DNA of 64,000 nt from an uncultured Streptococcus sp. (GTDB lineage: Bacteria; Bacillota; Bacilli; Lactobacillales; Streptococcaceae): the NCBI GenBank assembly GCA_963528105.1, contig CAURUY010000004.1, forward strand, positions 6,331-70,330, written 5' to 3'. Below are positions 45,303 through 55,908 of this stretch, one piece after another. The position numbers were made by a program, and so were the translations under genes. The notes beneath the pieces were generated by a model. The model was not told the origin of the DNA and ran no database searches. It saw only the letters and a program-made list of their open reading frames with translations. Position 1 is the stretch's first letter; each line of letters starts with the position of its first letter.

Positions 45303-48293
45303 ATGCAGGTAAAACCAGAACTGGAAATAGAAAAACAACTGATAAACCAGCTGGTAACTGGTGAAAGCCAATGGACTTATAGAGAAGACCTAAAAACAGA
45401 AGAACAACTATGGGACAATTTTTTTGAGAAAATAGCCCAAAACAACGTTGCTCTGCTAGCAGACCATCCCTTGACTGAGCAGGAAAAACGCCAGATTCAG
45501 AATCAACTCAACTTTGTCAGCTACTATGATGCTGCCAAGTGGTTGGTCGGAGAAAATGGCATTGCCAAAGTCGAGGTTCAAAGAGAAGATGCGAGCCTAG
45601 GCACCATCCGTTTGTCAGTCATTTGGCGTGACAATATCGCAGCAGGAAAGTCTAGCTACGAAGTTGTCAATCAAGTCCAGAGAGAAAAAGTAAATCCTCT
45701 GGACCAAGACCGTAGATTGGATGTTACTCTCCTCATCAACGGCTTGCCTATGATTCAAATCGAGCTTAAGAGTTCCCAAGCAGCATTTATCGATGCCTTT
45801 CATCAGATTAAAAAATATGACCGTGAAGGGAAATTCCGTGGTATCTACTCTAGCTTGCAGATGTTTGTCGTAACCAACAAGGTCGATACTCGCTATATCG
45901 CTGCAGCTCGTGAAAATAAACTCAACAAGCAATTTCTAACCAAATGGGTGGATAAGGACAATCATCCTGTGACAAACTTGACCAGTTTTGCCCACGAAGT
46001 CCTTTCTATCCCTCGTGCTCATCAGATGGTCATGCAGTATTCTGTCATTGACGATAGTAAGAAATCACTCATCCTCTTACGTCCCTATCAGATCCATGCC
46101 ATCGAAGCGGTGCAGGAAGCATCTCGCCAGCAAGCATCAGGCTATGTTTGGCATACGACAGGTTCAGGGAAGACCTTGACTTCTTATAAGGTGGCTCGTA
46201 ATCTCCTTCAGATTCCATCTATCCAAAAGACGATTTTTGTCGTTGACCGCAGGGACTTGGACCAACAGACCACATCATCCTTCCTCTCTTATGCGACCAA
46301 TGATGTCATCGATATCGACGAGACGGATAATACACATGATTTGGTCAAGCGCTTAGGAAGTAATGATAAGCGGGTTGTGGTGACCACTATCCAGAAAATC
46401 ACCACCATGATGCGCAAGTTTGACCAAGGTCTTTACCAACGAGATGCGGACAAAATCAAGGGACTCCGAGTGGCCTTTGTTGTAGATGAATGCCACCGTG
46501 CCGTGACGCCACAAACACAAAAAGACATTAAAACTTTTTTCCCTCAGTCACTATGGTATGGTTTTACAGGCACCCCCATCTTTAAGGAAAATAAACGCCA
46601 GCAAGTCGGCGACCTAGCCCAAACCACCCAGCAACAGTATGGAGACCGTCTCCATGAGTATACAGTCAAGGAAGCCATCCATGACGGAGCTGTCCTAGGA
46701 TTTAAGGTAGACTATCGCAATACCCTCATCACGGATAAATCTGAAAATGACATACCAGATACCGTCTACGAGGATGAGGAGCACATGCTGGAAGTCTTGG
46801 ATGCCATTATCAATAAATCCCGCCAACAACTAGGTTTCCAAAAAGGAGTGGGCAATACCTACAATGCCATCCTAACGGTCAAGTCCATCCCTCAAGCCCA
46901 AGCCTACTATGACCTTCTCAAAAAAGTCAAGGATGGTCAGAAAAGAGTCAAGGTATCCGAGAGAGTCAAGATGGTCCTCCCGGACTTTCCAAAGGCGACC
47001 ATCACCTACTCGGTTACAGAAAATGAAGAAGACTCAAGAGCCAACCAAGACCACATGAAGCAGGTCTTAGAGGACTATAACCAAGAGTTTGATACTCACT
47101 TTACTATGGCGGATCTGCGTGGCTTCAATACCGATGTCAATAACCGCTTAGCCCGAAAACAGGATAAATATCTCTATCGCAATGAGCAGTTGGACTTAGT
47201 CATCGTGGTCAATCGTCTCTTAACAGGATTTGATGCACCTTGTCTATCGACCCTCTTTATCGACAGAAAGCCCATGCAACCGCAGGATTTGATTCAGGCC
47301 TTTAGTCGAACCAACCGTATCTTTGATTCTAGTAAGACCTATGGTCATATCATCACCTTCCAAAAGCCACTAGCCTTTAAGGAAGCAGTTGATAATGCCC
47401 TCAAGCTTTACTCAAATGGTGGTGAAAATGATGTCCTAGCACCTAGCTGGGAAGAGGAAAAGAGAAACTTTTTGAAAAGTTGTAGCGACTTTCAAAATCT
47501 CATCACAGATGATCCCGTCGAAGGACTCCAACTCGAGCAAATCTCTACGCCTCAGTTGAGAAAAATCGCCAAGGCCTATCAAGGATTTGATAAGTATCTA
47601 GCTTCTATCCGAGTATACAAGGAGTATGATGAGGACGAAATTTACGCCCAAACGGGACTCAGTGCAGAAGAGTTGGAAGCTTATCTTGGTTTTTATCAGA
47701 ATATCTTAGCAGAGTTGAAAAGCCGAATCGAAGATGATAACGACGATGATGGACCTTTTGATATCCACTATGAATTAGAGTCTATCCAAGTAGATGAGAT
47801 CAACTACGCCTATATCCTGACCTTGATCCAAAGCCTGCTCGATCAAGAGCAGAGTCCGGAAAAGAGTCTCAGTGCACAGGACAGAGAAGCAGTGGATACC
47901 TATATCCAAAGTCTGGAGAAGACCAATCCAAACCTTGCACAGATCATCTCAGAACTTTGGCAAGAAGTACAGGCAAATCCTGACCGCTACAAAGGTCAAT
48001 CCATCGCCAATATCCTTGATCAGATGATTGAAGCAGTCATCCAGCAGCATATTCAAGACTTTAGTAAGACTTGGTATGTGGGTGAAGACGAACTCCGCTA
48101 CTATGTCAATCACTACCGCAAGGGCGCTAAAAAACAACTAGGAGAAAGTCAACTGACCAAGAGTCAACGCTACAAGGACTATAAAGTTGAGGTGGCAGAT
48201 GCCCTCAACCCACTCCTCTATAAAAAACAAATCAAAGAAGCCTATACCCAACTGATCGAAGAGGTGATTGAACCACTGAGAGTGGGGAGGTAG
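45303..48293 (+). CDS. hsdR: Type I restriction endonuclease subunit R
   Basis: D...QIELK nuclease motif, [33 protein letters not shown]; uninterrupted 996 aa. Confidence 0.95.
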   Translation: MQVKPELEIEKQLINQLVTGESQWTYREDLKTEEQLWDNFFEKIAQNNVALLADHPLTEQEKRQIQNQLNFVSYYDAAKWLVGENGIAKVEVQREDASLGTIRLSVIWRDNIAAGKSSYEVVNQVQREKVNPLDQDRRLDVTLLINGLPMIQIELKSSQAAFIDAFHQIKKYDREGKFRGIYSSLQMFVVTNKVDTRYIAAARENKLNKQFLTKWVDKDNHPVTNLTSFAHEVLSIPRAHQMVMQYSVIDDSKKSLILLRPYQIHAIEAVQEASRQQASGYVWHTTGSGKTLTSYKVARNLLQIPSIQKTIFVVDRRDLDQQTTSSFLSYATNDVIDIDETDNTHDLVKRLGSNDKRVVVTTIQKITTMMRKFDQGLYQRDADKIKGLRVAFVVDECHRAVTPQTQKDIKTFFPQSLWYGFTGTPIFKENKRQQVGDLAQTTQQQYGDRLHEYTVKEAIHDGAVLGFKVDYRNTLITDKSENDIPDTVYEDEEHMLEVLDAIINKSRQQLGFQKGVGNTYNAILTVKSIPQAQAYYDLLKKVKDGQKRVKVSERVKMVLPDFPKATITYSVTENEEDSRANQDHMKQVLEDYNQEFDTHFTMADLRGFNTDVNNRLARKQDKYLYRNEQLDLVIVVNRLLTGFDAPCLSTLFIDRKPMQPQDLIQAFSRTNRIFDSSKTYGHIITFQKPLAFKEAVDNALKLYSNGGENDVLAPSWEEEKRNFLKSCSDFQNLITDDPVEGLQLEQISTPQLRKIAKAYQGFDKYLASIRVYKEYDEDEIYAQTGLSAEELEAYLGFYQNILAELKSRIEDDNDDDGPFDIHYELESIQVDEINYAYILTLIQSLLDQEQSPEKSLSAQDREAVDTYIQSLEKTNPNLAQIISELWQEVQANPDRYKGQSIANILDQMIEAVIQQHIQDFSKTWYVGEDELRYYVNHYRKGAKKQLGESQLTKSQRYKDYKVEVADALNPLLYKKQIKEAYTQLIEEVIEPLRVGR

Positions 48294-48314
48294 GAGAAGG
48301 GAAGTAAAATACAT

Positions 48315-49166
48315 TTGATAAAAAAATCATTTAAATTATCGTGCAAGTATTTTTTTAGTTTTTTATCCTTGTTATCATTATTGGCGACTTTCATAAATAT
48401 CAGTGATATTTATGAAAGTAATAATCTAATAAACCATATAATTAAAGTTATAATAACTTTAATTATATTATATGCCTTAAGCTTCGTTTGTGCATTTTTA
48501 TATTACTATTTCAAAAGGAGAGTAATATATTTTAAATATAATAGGTTTGTAGTTTCAGGAACATATGGAAATATACTAGATTACATTGGCGCTAATAAAG
48601 TTAATTTAATAGTTCCTGTAAATAGTTGTTTTGATACCAAAATAGATGATTCAGTTATTTCTGCCAATTCACTTCATGGGCAAGTTATTAATTTTTTATA
48701 CGATAATAATTTAGTATCACAGTCGGATCTCTATAAGAAGATTAAGCGTAGTTTGAAAGAACAGAATATATCATCAGTAAATATTAGTAATGATGTAAAA
48801 GAAGGTGGAAAATCAGTAGGAAATTATAAAAGGTACCCTATCGGAAGTACTGCTTTTGTGGATATTGGTAACGTTAGATATCATTTTATAGCATTATCTA
48901 TTATAGAAAATAATAAGAATGCTAAAACTAGTGATCAAGACTATCTTATAGTTTTGAATGCAATAGTTGATAATTGTTTTAGGAATTCTAATGGTAATCC
49001 AATATATCTACCCTTGATTGGTTCTGGTTTGTCAAAACTAAATTATAATCATCAGCAACAATTAGAATTTATGGTTAAATACTTCATGCTTCGTAAAACA
49101 AAATTAACATCTGATGTCGAAATCGTAATCCGAAAGGAAGATGGAGATACAATTTCTATATTATAA
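48315..49166 (+). CDS. 2TM plus macrodomain protein, type II Thoeris ThsA-like (ThsA_Macro/DUF6430)
   Basis: TM helices at about aa 12-29 and 42-66; IVPVNSCFDTKIDDSVISANSLHGQ, YPIGS and PLIGSGLS segments match the recalled ThsA macrodomain pattern; about 25% GC in a sampled line; TTG start. Confidence 0.75.
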   Translation: MIKKSFKLSCKYFFSFLSLLSLLATFINISDIYESNNLINHIIKVIITLIILYALSFVCAFLYYYFKRRVIYFKYNRFVVSGTYGNILDYIGANKVNLIVPVNSCFDTKIDDSVISANSLHGQVINFLYDNNLVSQSDLYKKIKRSLKEQNISSVNISNDVKEGGKSVGNYKRYPIGSTAFVDIGNVRYHFIALSIIENNKNAKTSDQDYLIVLNAIVDNCFRNSNGNPIYLPLIGSGLSKLNYNHQQQLEFMVKYFMLRKTKLTSDVEIVIRKEDGDTISIL

Positions 49167-49178
49167 TTTAGGTGAGAG

Positions 49179-51869
49179 ATGAGTACGAATAAGGTAAAAG
49201 ATCCGATTATAGTTTTTATTAGTTCTAAATGCGATGGGAAGTATAGAGAGATGCGTAAAAGACTCTCTAAACTCATTAATGATTCGCCTTTAATGAATTC
49301 AATTTGTTATGAAGAAGAGGGAAGTCGCAGTGTTAAATCGGAGGAATTTTATGTAAATCATGTAAAGTCTTGTGATGTATGCTTGATTATCATTGATAAT
49401 GAAGATGGAATCAGTCCTTCGGTTTTGAAGGAAATTGACACTGCAAAGAAGCATAATAAAAAATGTTTATATTTCTTTTGTACTGAAAATTCTAGTGAAA
49501 AGACTCAATTACAGGAAGATCTTTATGCCAAAGAAAAATTTTCAGAAATACCCGTGTTTGATCAGATCCCTGAAAAAGTAATTGAATCAATTGTTGGAGA
49601 TATTATTTTTTATTATCGTAATAAAAATAGTGATACTGTTGATTACAAAATTTCTGACATCAATACAGATAAGTATTCTTCAACAATTCTTGATATTTCA
49701 AAAGAATCAAAAGTGTTATGTGAATATCTTTTCAAAGTGTTTCAGTTGAACTTATCACATGATGAAAATAAAATATCAAACATTGAGCAGGAGATAATAA
49801 AGTTTTTCCAATTTGTTTTTAATAAACATAAATTCTTAGAAATTAATTTTGATATTCTAGAGGAGTATTTTGTTTCAAAAACTGAAGAGGAATTAAAAGA
49901 AATCCTAACTCAAAGATTCAATGCTTTAAAACTATATTTTAGGGGTGATCTAAATGGTGCAATATCCATTCTATCTGATAGTTTAGTGAAAGCAACTGAC
50001 GATGTAAATATTCCAAAATGGATAGTTAACAATATAGCAATAGATTTAAGAAATGTTCAAAATGAGAAAGGGAATTATGAAAATAGATGGCCAATTTTAA
50101 ATACTGGTCAGGAATATATAAATAAATCAAAAGAGCCTCTTTACTTTCCATTGTTAGATAGAAGAGAAAAAATGTTTTTTGAGCAAATAGACAAATTTCA
50201 AGCAGATAATTTATATTCAGAATCTGTAAAGAGTTATAATCTATGTAATATTGGACTATTTCAATGGATATCGGAATCATTTGTATTATCATTAGGTTAT
50301 GCCTCTATTACTCATATACAACATGCAAAAAATTTGATGAAAGTGCTATTAAGAACACTTGTCGAAATGTATGATGGTTATGAATTTAAAAAAGAATTAT
50401 TTGTCTTAGCAGTAACTTCTTCGGACAAAGAACTAGCGAATTTCTTGCTTAAATCTAAACAGATAATAGGAACCATTAGTTCAGAAGAGATTGAGTATAC
50501 TATAGGATTGATTCGTAATATTGATTTTTTTAATAATCGTTTGCGTTCTCAATGTTACTTGTTACACCATTTTTCAGATTATATAAATGATTCTATAATT
50601 GTTTCGTTTCTTATGGAATTTAAAGGAGAGGTCATAAAATGGCTGAATCAAGATAATCGCGAGTTGAATTTGGAAAAGCCAATTTTTGATGCTTTAAAAA
50701 AAGTAATAACACGTTTTAATTATGAAGATACTATTGTAATCTTAAACATAATTTTTGAAAAAAAACTAATTCGGTTTTATGATAGCGCATTTTCTCTATT
50801 ATGTAGAATGGACTATCGTTGGCTAACAAACCAAACTCAGAAAAAAGTTGGAAATTATTTTATATTTAAAAATAATGAATATCAATTAGATGCATATGGA
50901 AGTTATAGTAATGCTTTGATAAATTATATAAGAAATTCTTCTATTGATAATACCAATTTATTAAGGTATATTGAAGAGAATAATTCTGTATTAATGGAGA
51001 AAATCAATCTTGAATTGGAACACAATACTGTTCCTGAAAAATATATTGATAAATATATTGAGGATATAATCAGTTATAATAGAACTCAAGGAGAAAATGG
51101 GATATTTACGTTTTCGGCAGTAAATAATTTCCAAACAATATTTAATATTATTAAGATAGATAATGTAAAATTATCTGAAGAGATTTTTAATAGACTTATT
51201 GATGTTTGTAAGCAGACTATTATTTCAGATAATCAAATATTAAGTGATAAATATTCTTCATTTAACCTTTTATTTCAAATCTATTTTTCTCAGACTCATG
51301 ACTATAATTGGGAAAAACTAGCAGATGTATTTCAATCAAGTAAAAATACATTACTAGTACATAGTGATTTAATTGACGAAAATCCAATTATTTTATCTAT
51401 TCAACTGAATGTAATGAAAAGTATTTTTGATGGTAATTATAATCTTGTTATTAACGATATACTCAAACTATCTGATGAAAATATATTTGAAATTAAGAGA
51501 GTAATATCATTTTTGCAAACAATCTTCGAGTTTGATAAATTTTCTCCAAATGGTGAATTTATTATGTTTTGTACTTATTTTTGTTTAAACATGACCAAAC
51601 ATTATTCTAGAAATATTAAGATGAATGCAACAGATTTGTTGATTAAACTAACTAAATATGAAATAGTTAATCAGATTATATTAAATCAACTATCGAATAT
51701 GATGGATAATTCTAACTCTGACATAAAGCTAGTTATTGTAAAAAATATAGATAAAATTATTTCAAATGATGATTACAAAGAATATATTATAGAGAAGGCA
51801 AGATTAGATAATCACTATTTAGTAATTAAGTATGCAAATGAATATAGAATGGAAAATTCTAATGAATAA
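49179..51869 (+). CDS. DUF4062/TIR-like domain fused to a long alpha-helical (TPR/HEAT-like) region; putative defence sensor-enzyme
   Basis: VFISS...R...CDVCLIII...SVLKEIDTAKKHNKKCLYF head (putative catalytic E85); remaining approximately 750 aa look helical with no Walker A; very AT-rich. Confidence 0.7.
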   Translation: MSTNKVKDPIIVFISSKCDGKYREMRKRLSKLINDSPLMNSICYEEEGSRSVKSEEFYVNHVKSCDVCLIIIDNEDGISPSVLKEIDTAKKHNKKCLYFFCTENSSEKTQLQEDLYAKEKFSEIPVFDQIPEKVIESIVGDIIFYYRNKNSDTVDYKISDINTDKYSSTILDISKESKVLCEYLFKVFQLNLSHDENKISNIEQEIIKFFQFVFNKHKFLEINFDILEEYFVSKTEEELKEILTQRFNALKLYFRGDLNGAISILSDSLVKATDDVNIPKWIVNNIAIDLRNVQNEKGNYENRWPILNTGQEYINKSKEPLYFPLLDRREKMFFEQIDKFQADNLYSESVKSYNLCNIGLFQWISESFVLSLGYASITHIQHAKNLMKVLLRTLVEMYDGYEFKKELFVLAVTSSDKELANFLLKSKQIIGTISSEEIEYTIGLIRNIDFFNNRLRSQCYLLHHFSDYINDSIIVSFLMEFKGEVIKWLNQDNRELNLEKPIFDALKKVITRFNYEDTIVILNIIFEKKLIRFYDSAFSLLCRMDYRWLTNQTQKKVGNYFIFKNNEYQLDAYGSYSNALINYIRNSSIDNTNLLRYIEENNSVLMEKINLELEHNTVPEKYIDKYIEDIISYNRTQGENGIFTFSAVNNFQTIFNIIKIDNVKLSEEIFNRLIDVCKQTIISDNQILSDKYSSFNLLFQIYFSQTHDYNWEKLADVFQSSKNTLLVHSDLIDENPIILSIQLNVMKSIFDGNYNLVINDILKLSDENIFEIKRVISFLQTIFEFDKFSPNGEFIMFCTYFCLNMTKHYSRNIKMNATDLLIKLTKYEIVNQIILNQLSNMMDNSNSDIKLVIVKNIDKIISNDDYKEYIIEKARLDNHYLVIKYANEYRMENSNE

Positions 51870-53070
51870 TTTTAAAATTCCAAAAATTAGGTTTATGAAT
51901 TTTAATGACAAGTGGAAATATAAAATACTTGGTGAAATATCAAATTCTATTGAATATGGTTTAAATGCTTCTGCAAAGGATTTTGATGGTATTCATAAAT
52001 ATCTTAGAATCACAGATATAGATGATTCTTCTAGATTGTTTTTAACTGATAAACTTAGTTCTCCAGATGTCAATTTTACTGAAGAGGACTATGAAAATTA
52101 TAAATTGCAGATTAATGATCTCCTATTCGCACGTACTGGTGCAAGTGTTGGGAAAACCTATCTTTACAGAGAATCAGATGGTGAAGTTTATTATGCTGGA
52201 TTCTTAATCAGAGCAAGATTACATGATTCATATGATGGGAATTTTATTTTTCAACAGACGCTTACTGATAAGTATAAGCAGTTTATTGAAATCACCTCAC
52301 AACGTTCAGGTCAACCAGGGGTTAATGGGAAAGAATATGGAGATTGGAAGATTGGCATGACATCCTATCCCGAACAATCCGCCATCGGCTCCCTCTTCCG
52401 CACCCTCGACGACCTTCTTGCTAGCTACAAGGAGAATCTTGCTAACTACCAATCTCTCAAGGCGACCATGCTTTCCAAGATGTTTCCCAAAGCTGGACAG
52501 GCAGTTCCTGAGATTCGTTTGGATGGATTTGAAGGTGAGTGGAAAGAAAAGGAATTCAGTAAACTTGTAAAAAGAGTTACTCAAAGTTCTGACTCTGATT
52601 CATTGCCAAAGGTAGAGTTTGAGGATATTATTTCTGGTCAGGGAAAGCTTAATAAAGATATTAGTACTAAATTTGATAATCGTAAAGGTATACACTTTAA
52701 ACCTGGATACACATTATATGGGAAATTACGTCCATATTTAAATAATTGGCTTTTGCCGAAATTTGAGGGAGTAGCTTTAGGAGATTTTTGGGTATTTGAT
52801 CCAAATGGAAATGATTCAAATTTCATTTATTATTTAGTTCAATCAAATCGCTATCAAAAAGTTGCTAATGACACATCTGGTACTAAAATGCCTCGTTCAG
52901 ATTGGAAGTCAGTTTCAACAACTATTTTTGCAATTCCACAAACAATTGCAGAACAACAAGTCATCGGATCCTATTTCTCAAACCTTGATAATCTCATTAA
53001 CTCTCACCAAGAAAAAATTTCTCAGCTAGAAACACTGAAGAAGAAACTTTTGCAGGATATGTTTATATAA
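51862..53070 (+). CDS. hsdS: Type I R-M specificity subunit with two TRDs
   Basis: PKIRF..F...W, central EQSAIGSLFRTLDDLL...KMFP...VPEIRLDGFEGEW, C-terminal EQQVIG...LKKKLLQDMF; ATG 51862 overlaps the upstream stop. Confidence 0.93.
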   Translation: MNNFKIPKIRFMNFNDKWKYKILGEISNSIEYGLNASAKDFDGIHKYLRITDIDDSSRLFLTDKLSSPDVNFTEEDYENYKLQINDLLFARTGASVGKTYLYRESDGEVYYAGFLIRARLHDSYDGNFIFQQTLTDKYKQFIEITSQRSGQPGVNGKEYGDWKIGMTSYPEQSAIGSLFRTLDDLLASYKENLANYQSLKATMLSKMFPKAGQAVPEIRLDGFEGEWKEKEFSKLVKRVTQSSDSDSLPKVEFEDIISGQGKLNKDISTKFDNRKGIHFKPGYTLYGKLRPYLNNWLLPKFEGVALGDFWVFDPNGNDSNFIYYLVQSNRYQKVANDTSGTKMPRSDWKSVSTTIFAIPQTIAEQQVIGSYFSNLDNLINSHQEKISQLETLKKKLLQDMFI

Positions 53071-53085
53071 AAGGAGTGCAGTAAA

Positions 53086-54000
53086 ATGTCAAAAGTAAAA
53101 TCAGAAACTCTAAAGAAAGAAGAAAAACCTGTAGTAGCTATCTGCTATGATTTTGATAAAACGCTGTCTCCTGATGATATGCAAGCCCAAGGATTTATAC
53201 AGAAGCTTGGGTATGAAATCAGTGAATTTTGGAAGAAATCCAATGGTTTTGCCAAGGCTAATAATATGGACAAAAATCTTGCCTATATGTTTACGATGAA
53301 AACAGAATCTGAAGGGACAGTCCTATTTACAAAGACAGAGTTAGCTAAGTTTGGTTCAGAGGTAGAACTATTCCCAGGAGTCGAAGACTGGTTTGAGCGT
53401 ATTCGAAAATATGGTGAAGAAAACGGAGTTATTGTAGAGCATTACATCATTTCATCTGGTTTGAAAGAAATGATAGAGGGGACTTCAATAGCTAAAAATG
53501 GTGCTTTTAAGAAAATTTATGCAACTTCTTTTTATTGTGATGAAAAGGGTGTCGCGGTCTGGCCTGCTCAAGTTGTTAACTACACCAATAAGACTCAATT
53601 TCTTTTTAGAATTACTAAAGGTATTTTAGATGTCAATGACGATGCGGTGAACGATTTTGTTGCTGAAAGTGATTTACGAGTTCCTTTTAGAAATATGGTT
53701 TATTTAGGGGATAGTGATACAGATATTCCGTGTATGAAGCTAGTCAAAACAAGAGGTGGCTACTCTATCGGTGTATTCAATCCAAAAACCAATGATAGAA
53801 AGAAAGTTCACAAAATGACTCAGGATAATCGTATTGATTATTTTGTTCCAGCTGACTACTCAGAAAATACAGAACTTGATAAACTAATCAAGACGATTAT
53901 TAAAAAGACGGCTTATAATGAATTGTTAGAAAACAAGAAAAATGCTGATAAACTTGAAGCAAGCAAAAGAAAGCGAAAAAGAAATCCAAAACTAAGGTAA
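53086..54000 (+). CDS. HAD-superfamily hydrolase/phosphatase of unknown substrate
   Basis: Motif I YDFDKTL, motif II ISSG, motif III K (NKTQ), motif IV YLGDSDTD. Confidence 0.85.
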   Translation: MSKVKSETLKKEEKPVVAICYDFDKTLSPDDMQAQGFIQKLGYEISEFWKKSNGFAKANNMDKNLAYMFTMKTESEGTVLFTKTELAKFGSEVELFPGVEDWFERIRKYGEENGVIVEHYIISSGLKEMIEGTSIAKNGAFKKIYATSFYCDEKGVAVWPAQVVNYTNKTQFLFRITKGILDVNDDAVNDFVAESDLRVPFRNMVYLGDSDTDIPCMKLVKTRGGYSIGVFNPKTNDRKKVHKMTQDNRIDYFVPADYSENTELDKLIKTIIKKTAYNELLENKKNADKLEASKRKRKRNPKLR

Positions 54001-54187
54001 TTGTTTCAAAAGGCTCTGATTTCCTTTCTATCGAAAATCTGGATTTTATAACCCTCGAAAAAATATCGTTTATCAACTTCCTATTTCTGATATTCCTTTG
54101 GACTTGATTCAAACGGTAGAAAGAGAAGTGATTGGTTATAAATGATTGCCTGTTTAAAAATAATTGCAAAAATTAGAAAGAAACATT

Positions 54188-55789
54188 ATGGAAACAACAC
54201 AAACTTCCCAGTCGCTCTACCAAGCCCTGTGGAACTCAGCGGATGTTCTCCGCTCTAAGATGGATGCAAATGACTACAAGTCCTATCTTTTGGGCATGGT
54301 CTTTTATAAGTATCTGTCAGATAAGATGCTCTTTTTCGTGGCTGAGACCATGGAAGAGGGGACGGATAGTCTGGAGGCTGCCCTTGAGGTCTATCGCAAC
54401 TACTACGAGGATGCGGAGACCCATGAGGACCTGGTCTCTGTCATGAATGATGAGCTCAACTATATTATCAAGCCCGACTTGACTTTTACGGCTCTGGTAG
54501 AGCGTGTCAATGAAGGGACTTTCCAGCTGGAAGATCTGGCTCAAGGTTTTCGTGATATCGAGCAAAGTGACGACCTCTATGAAAATCTCTTTGAAGATAT
54601 CGACCTCTATTCTTAAAAGCTAGGGGCAACTCCACAAAAGCAAAACCAAACGGTAGCAGCAGTCATGAAAGAGTTGGCTGTGCTAGATGTGGCTGGTCAT
54701 GCTGGCGATATGTTGGGGGATGCCTATGAGTATCTGATCGGTCAGTTTGCGACCGACTCGGGTAAGAAAGCAGGTGAGTTCTATACGCCTCAACCTGTTG
54801 CCAAGCTCATGACTCAGATTGCCTTTTTGGGTCGTGAAGATCAGGAAGGCTTTACCATCTATGATGCGACTATGGGGTCAGGCTCTCTCTTGCTCAATGC
54901 CAAGAAATACTCTCATAAACCGCAGACGGTTGTCTACTTTGGTCAGGAGCTCAATACCTCAACCTATAACCTAGCTCGGATGAATATGATCCTACACGGT
55001 GTTCCAGTAGAGAATCAATTTCTACACAATGCCGATACACTGGATGAAGACTGGCCGACTCAAGAGCCGACTAACTTTGATGGGGTTCTCATGAACCCTC
55101 CATACTCTGCCAAGTGGTCTGCAAGCTCTGGATTCCTGAACGACCCTCGTTTCTCTCCTTTTGGGAAACTGGCGCCCCAGTCCAAGGCTGACTTTGCCTT
55201 TCTCTTGCATGGGTATTACCACCTCAAGCAGGATAATGGGGTCATGGCTATCGTCCTTCCCCACGGTGTTCTCTTCCGTGGAAATGCGGAAGGGACCATT
55301 CGCAAGGCCTTGTTAGAAGAAGGTGCCATTGATACGGTTATCGGTCTACCAGCCAATATCTTCTTTAACACCAGCATTCCGACTACGGTTATCATTCTCA
55401 AAAAGAACCGTACTAATCGTGATGTCTACTTTATCGATGCTTCTAAGGAGTTTGATAAGGGGAAAAACCAGAATATCATGACGGATGCCCATATCGAAAA
55501 GATTCTGGAAGCCTACAAGTCTCGTGAGGAGATTGATAAGTTTGCCCACCTAGCAAGCTATGAAGAAATCGTCGAAAATGACTATAACCTTAATATCCCT
55601 CGCTACGTGGATACCTTTGAGGAAGAAGAAGTAGAGCCACTGACAGACATCGTCAGCAAGATTAACGAGACAAATCAAGCAATCCAAAGCCAAACAACTT
55701 CTTTACTTGAAATGCTCGGTCAGCTCCACGGAACCACACCAGAAGCCGATGCCGAACTCAAAGAGTTTTTGAAGGAATTTAAAGGGTGA
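54188..55789 (+). pseudogene. hsdM: Type I R-M methyltransferase subunit M interrupted by an in-frame TAA at 54614-54616
   Basis: LWNSADVLRSKMDA N-domain; reading continues in frame after the stop (KLGATPQKQNQ...) into GEFYTP, DATMGSGSLL and NPPY; about 533 aa if read through. Confidence 0.88.
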
Positions 55790-55908
55790 TGGGGAGTTGC
55801 AAAGATTGTAATGAAAAAAACGACAATTGACAGGGAATCCTAACTAGTTTAATGTGGTAGAATAGAATGTAAAGATTTTACTTAAAGATATACATAGAAA
55901 GGAAGAAC

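Noticed and set aside
49184..49191. Exact ComX box TACGAATA
   Set aside because: Lies inside the first codons of the 896-aa ORF, downstream of its start and without the usual adjacent T-tract; likely chance
49179..51869. Calling the 896-aa protein an Avs/STAND NLR or a canonical ThsB
   Set aside because: No Walker A/B motifs; far longer than a typical ThsB
51862..53070. Phase-variable hsdS shufflon (ivr/tvr-like)
   Set aside because: Only one hsdS; no silent TRD copies, inverted repeats or recombinase in the window
54001..54145. Possible gene remnant between HAD and hsdM (frame reading FPFYRKSGFYNPRKNIVYQLPISDIPLDLIQTVEREVIGYK) or a frameshifted HAD tail; also antisense ORF 53900-54169
   Set aside because: No start or RBS and no recognisable family; cannot be supported without a tBLASTn/BLASTX search
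54665..55789. Treating the 374-aa ORF as an independent methyltransferase gene
   Set aside because: It is the in-frame continuation of hsdM after a single stop and lacks a clear SD
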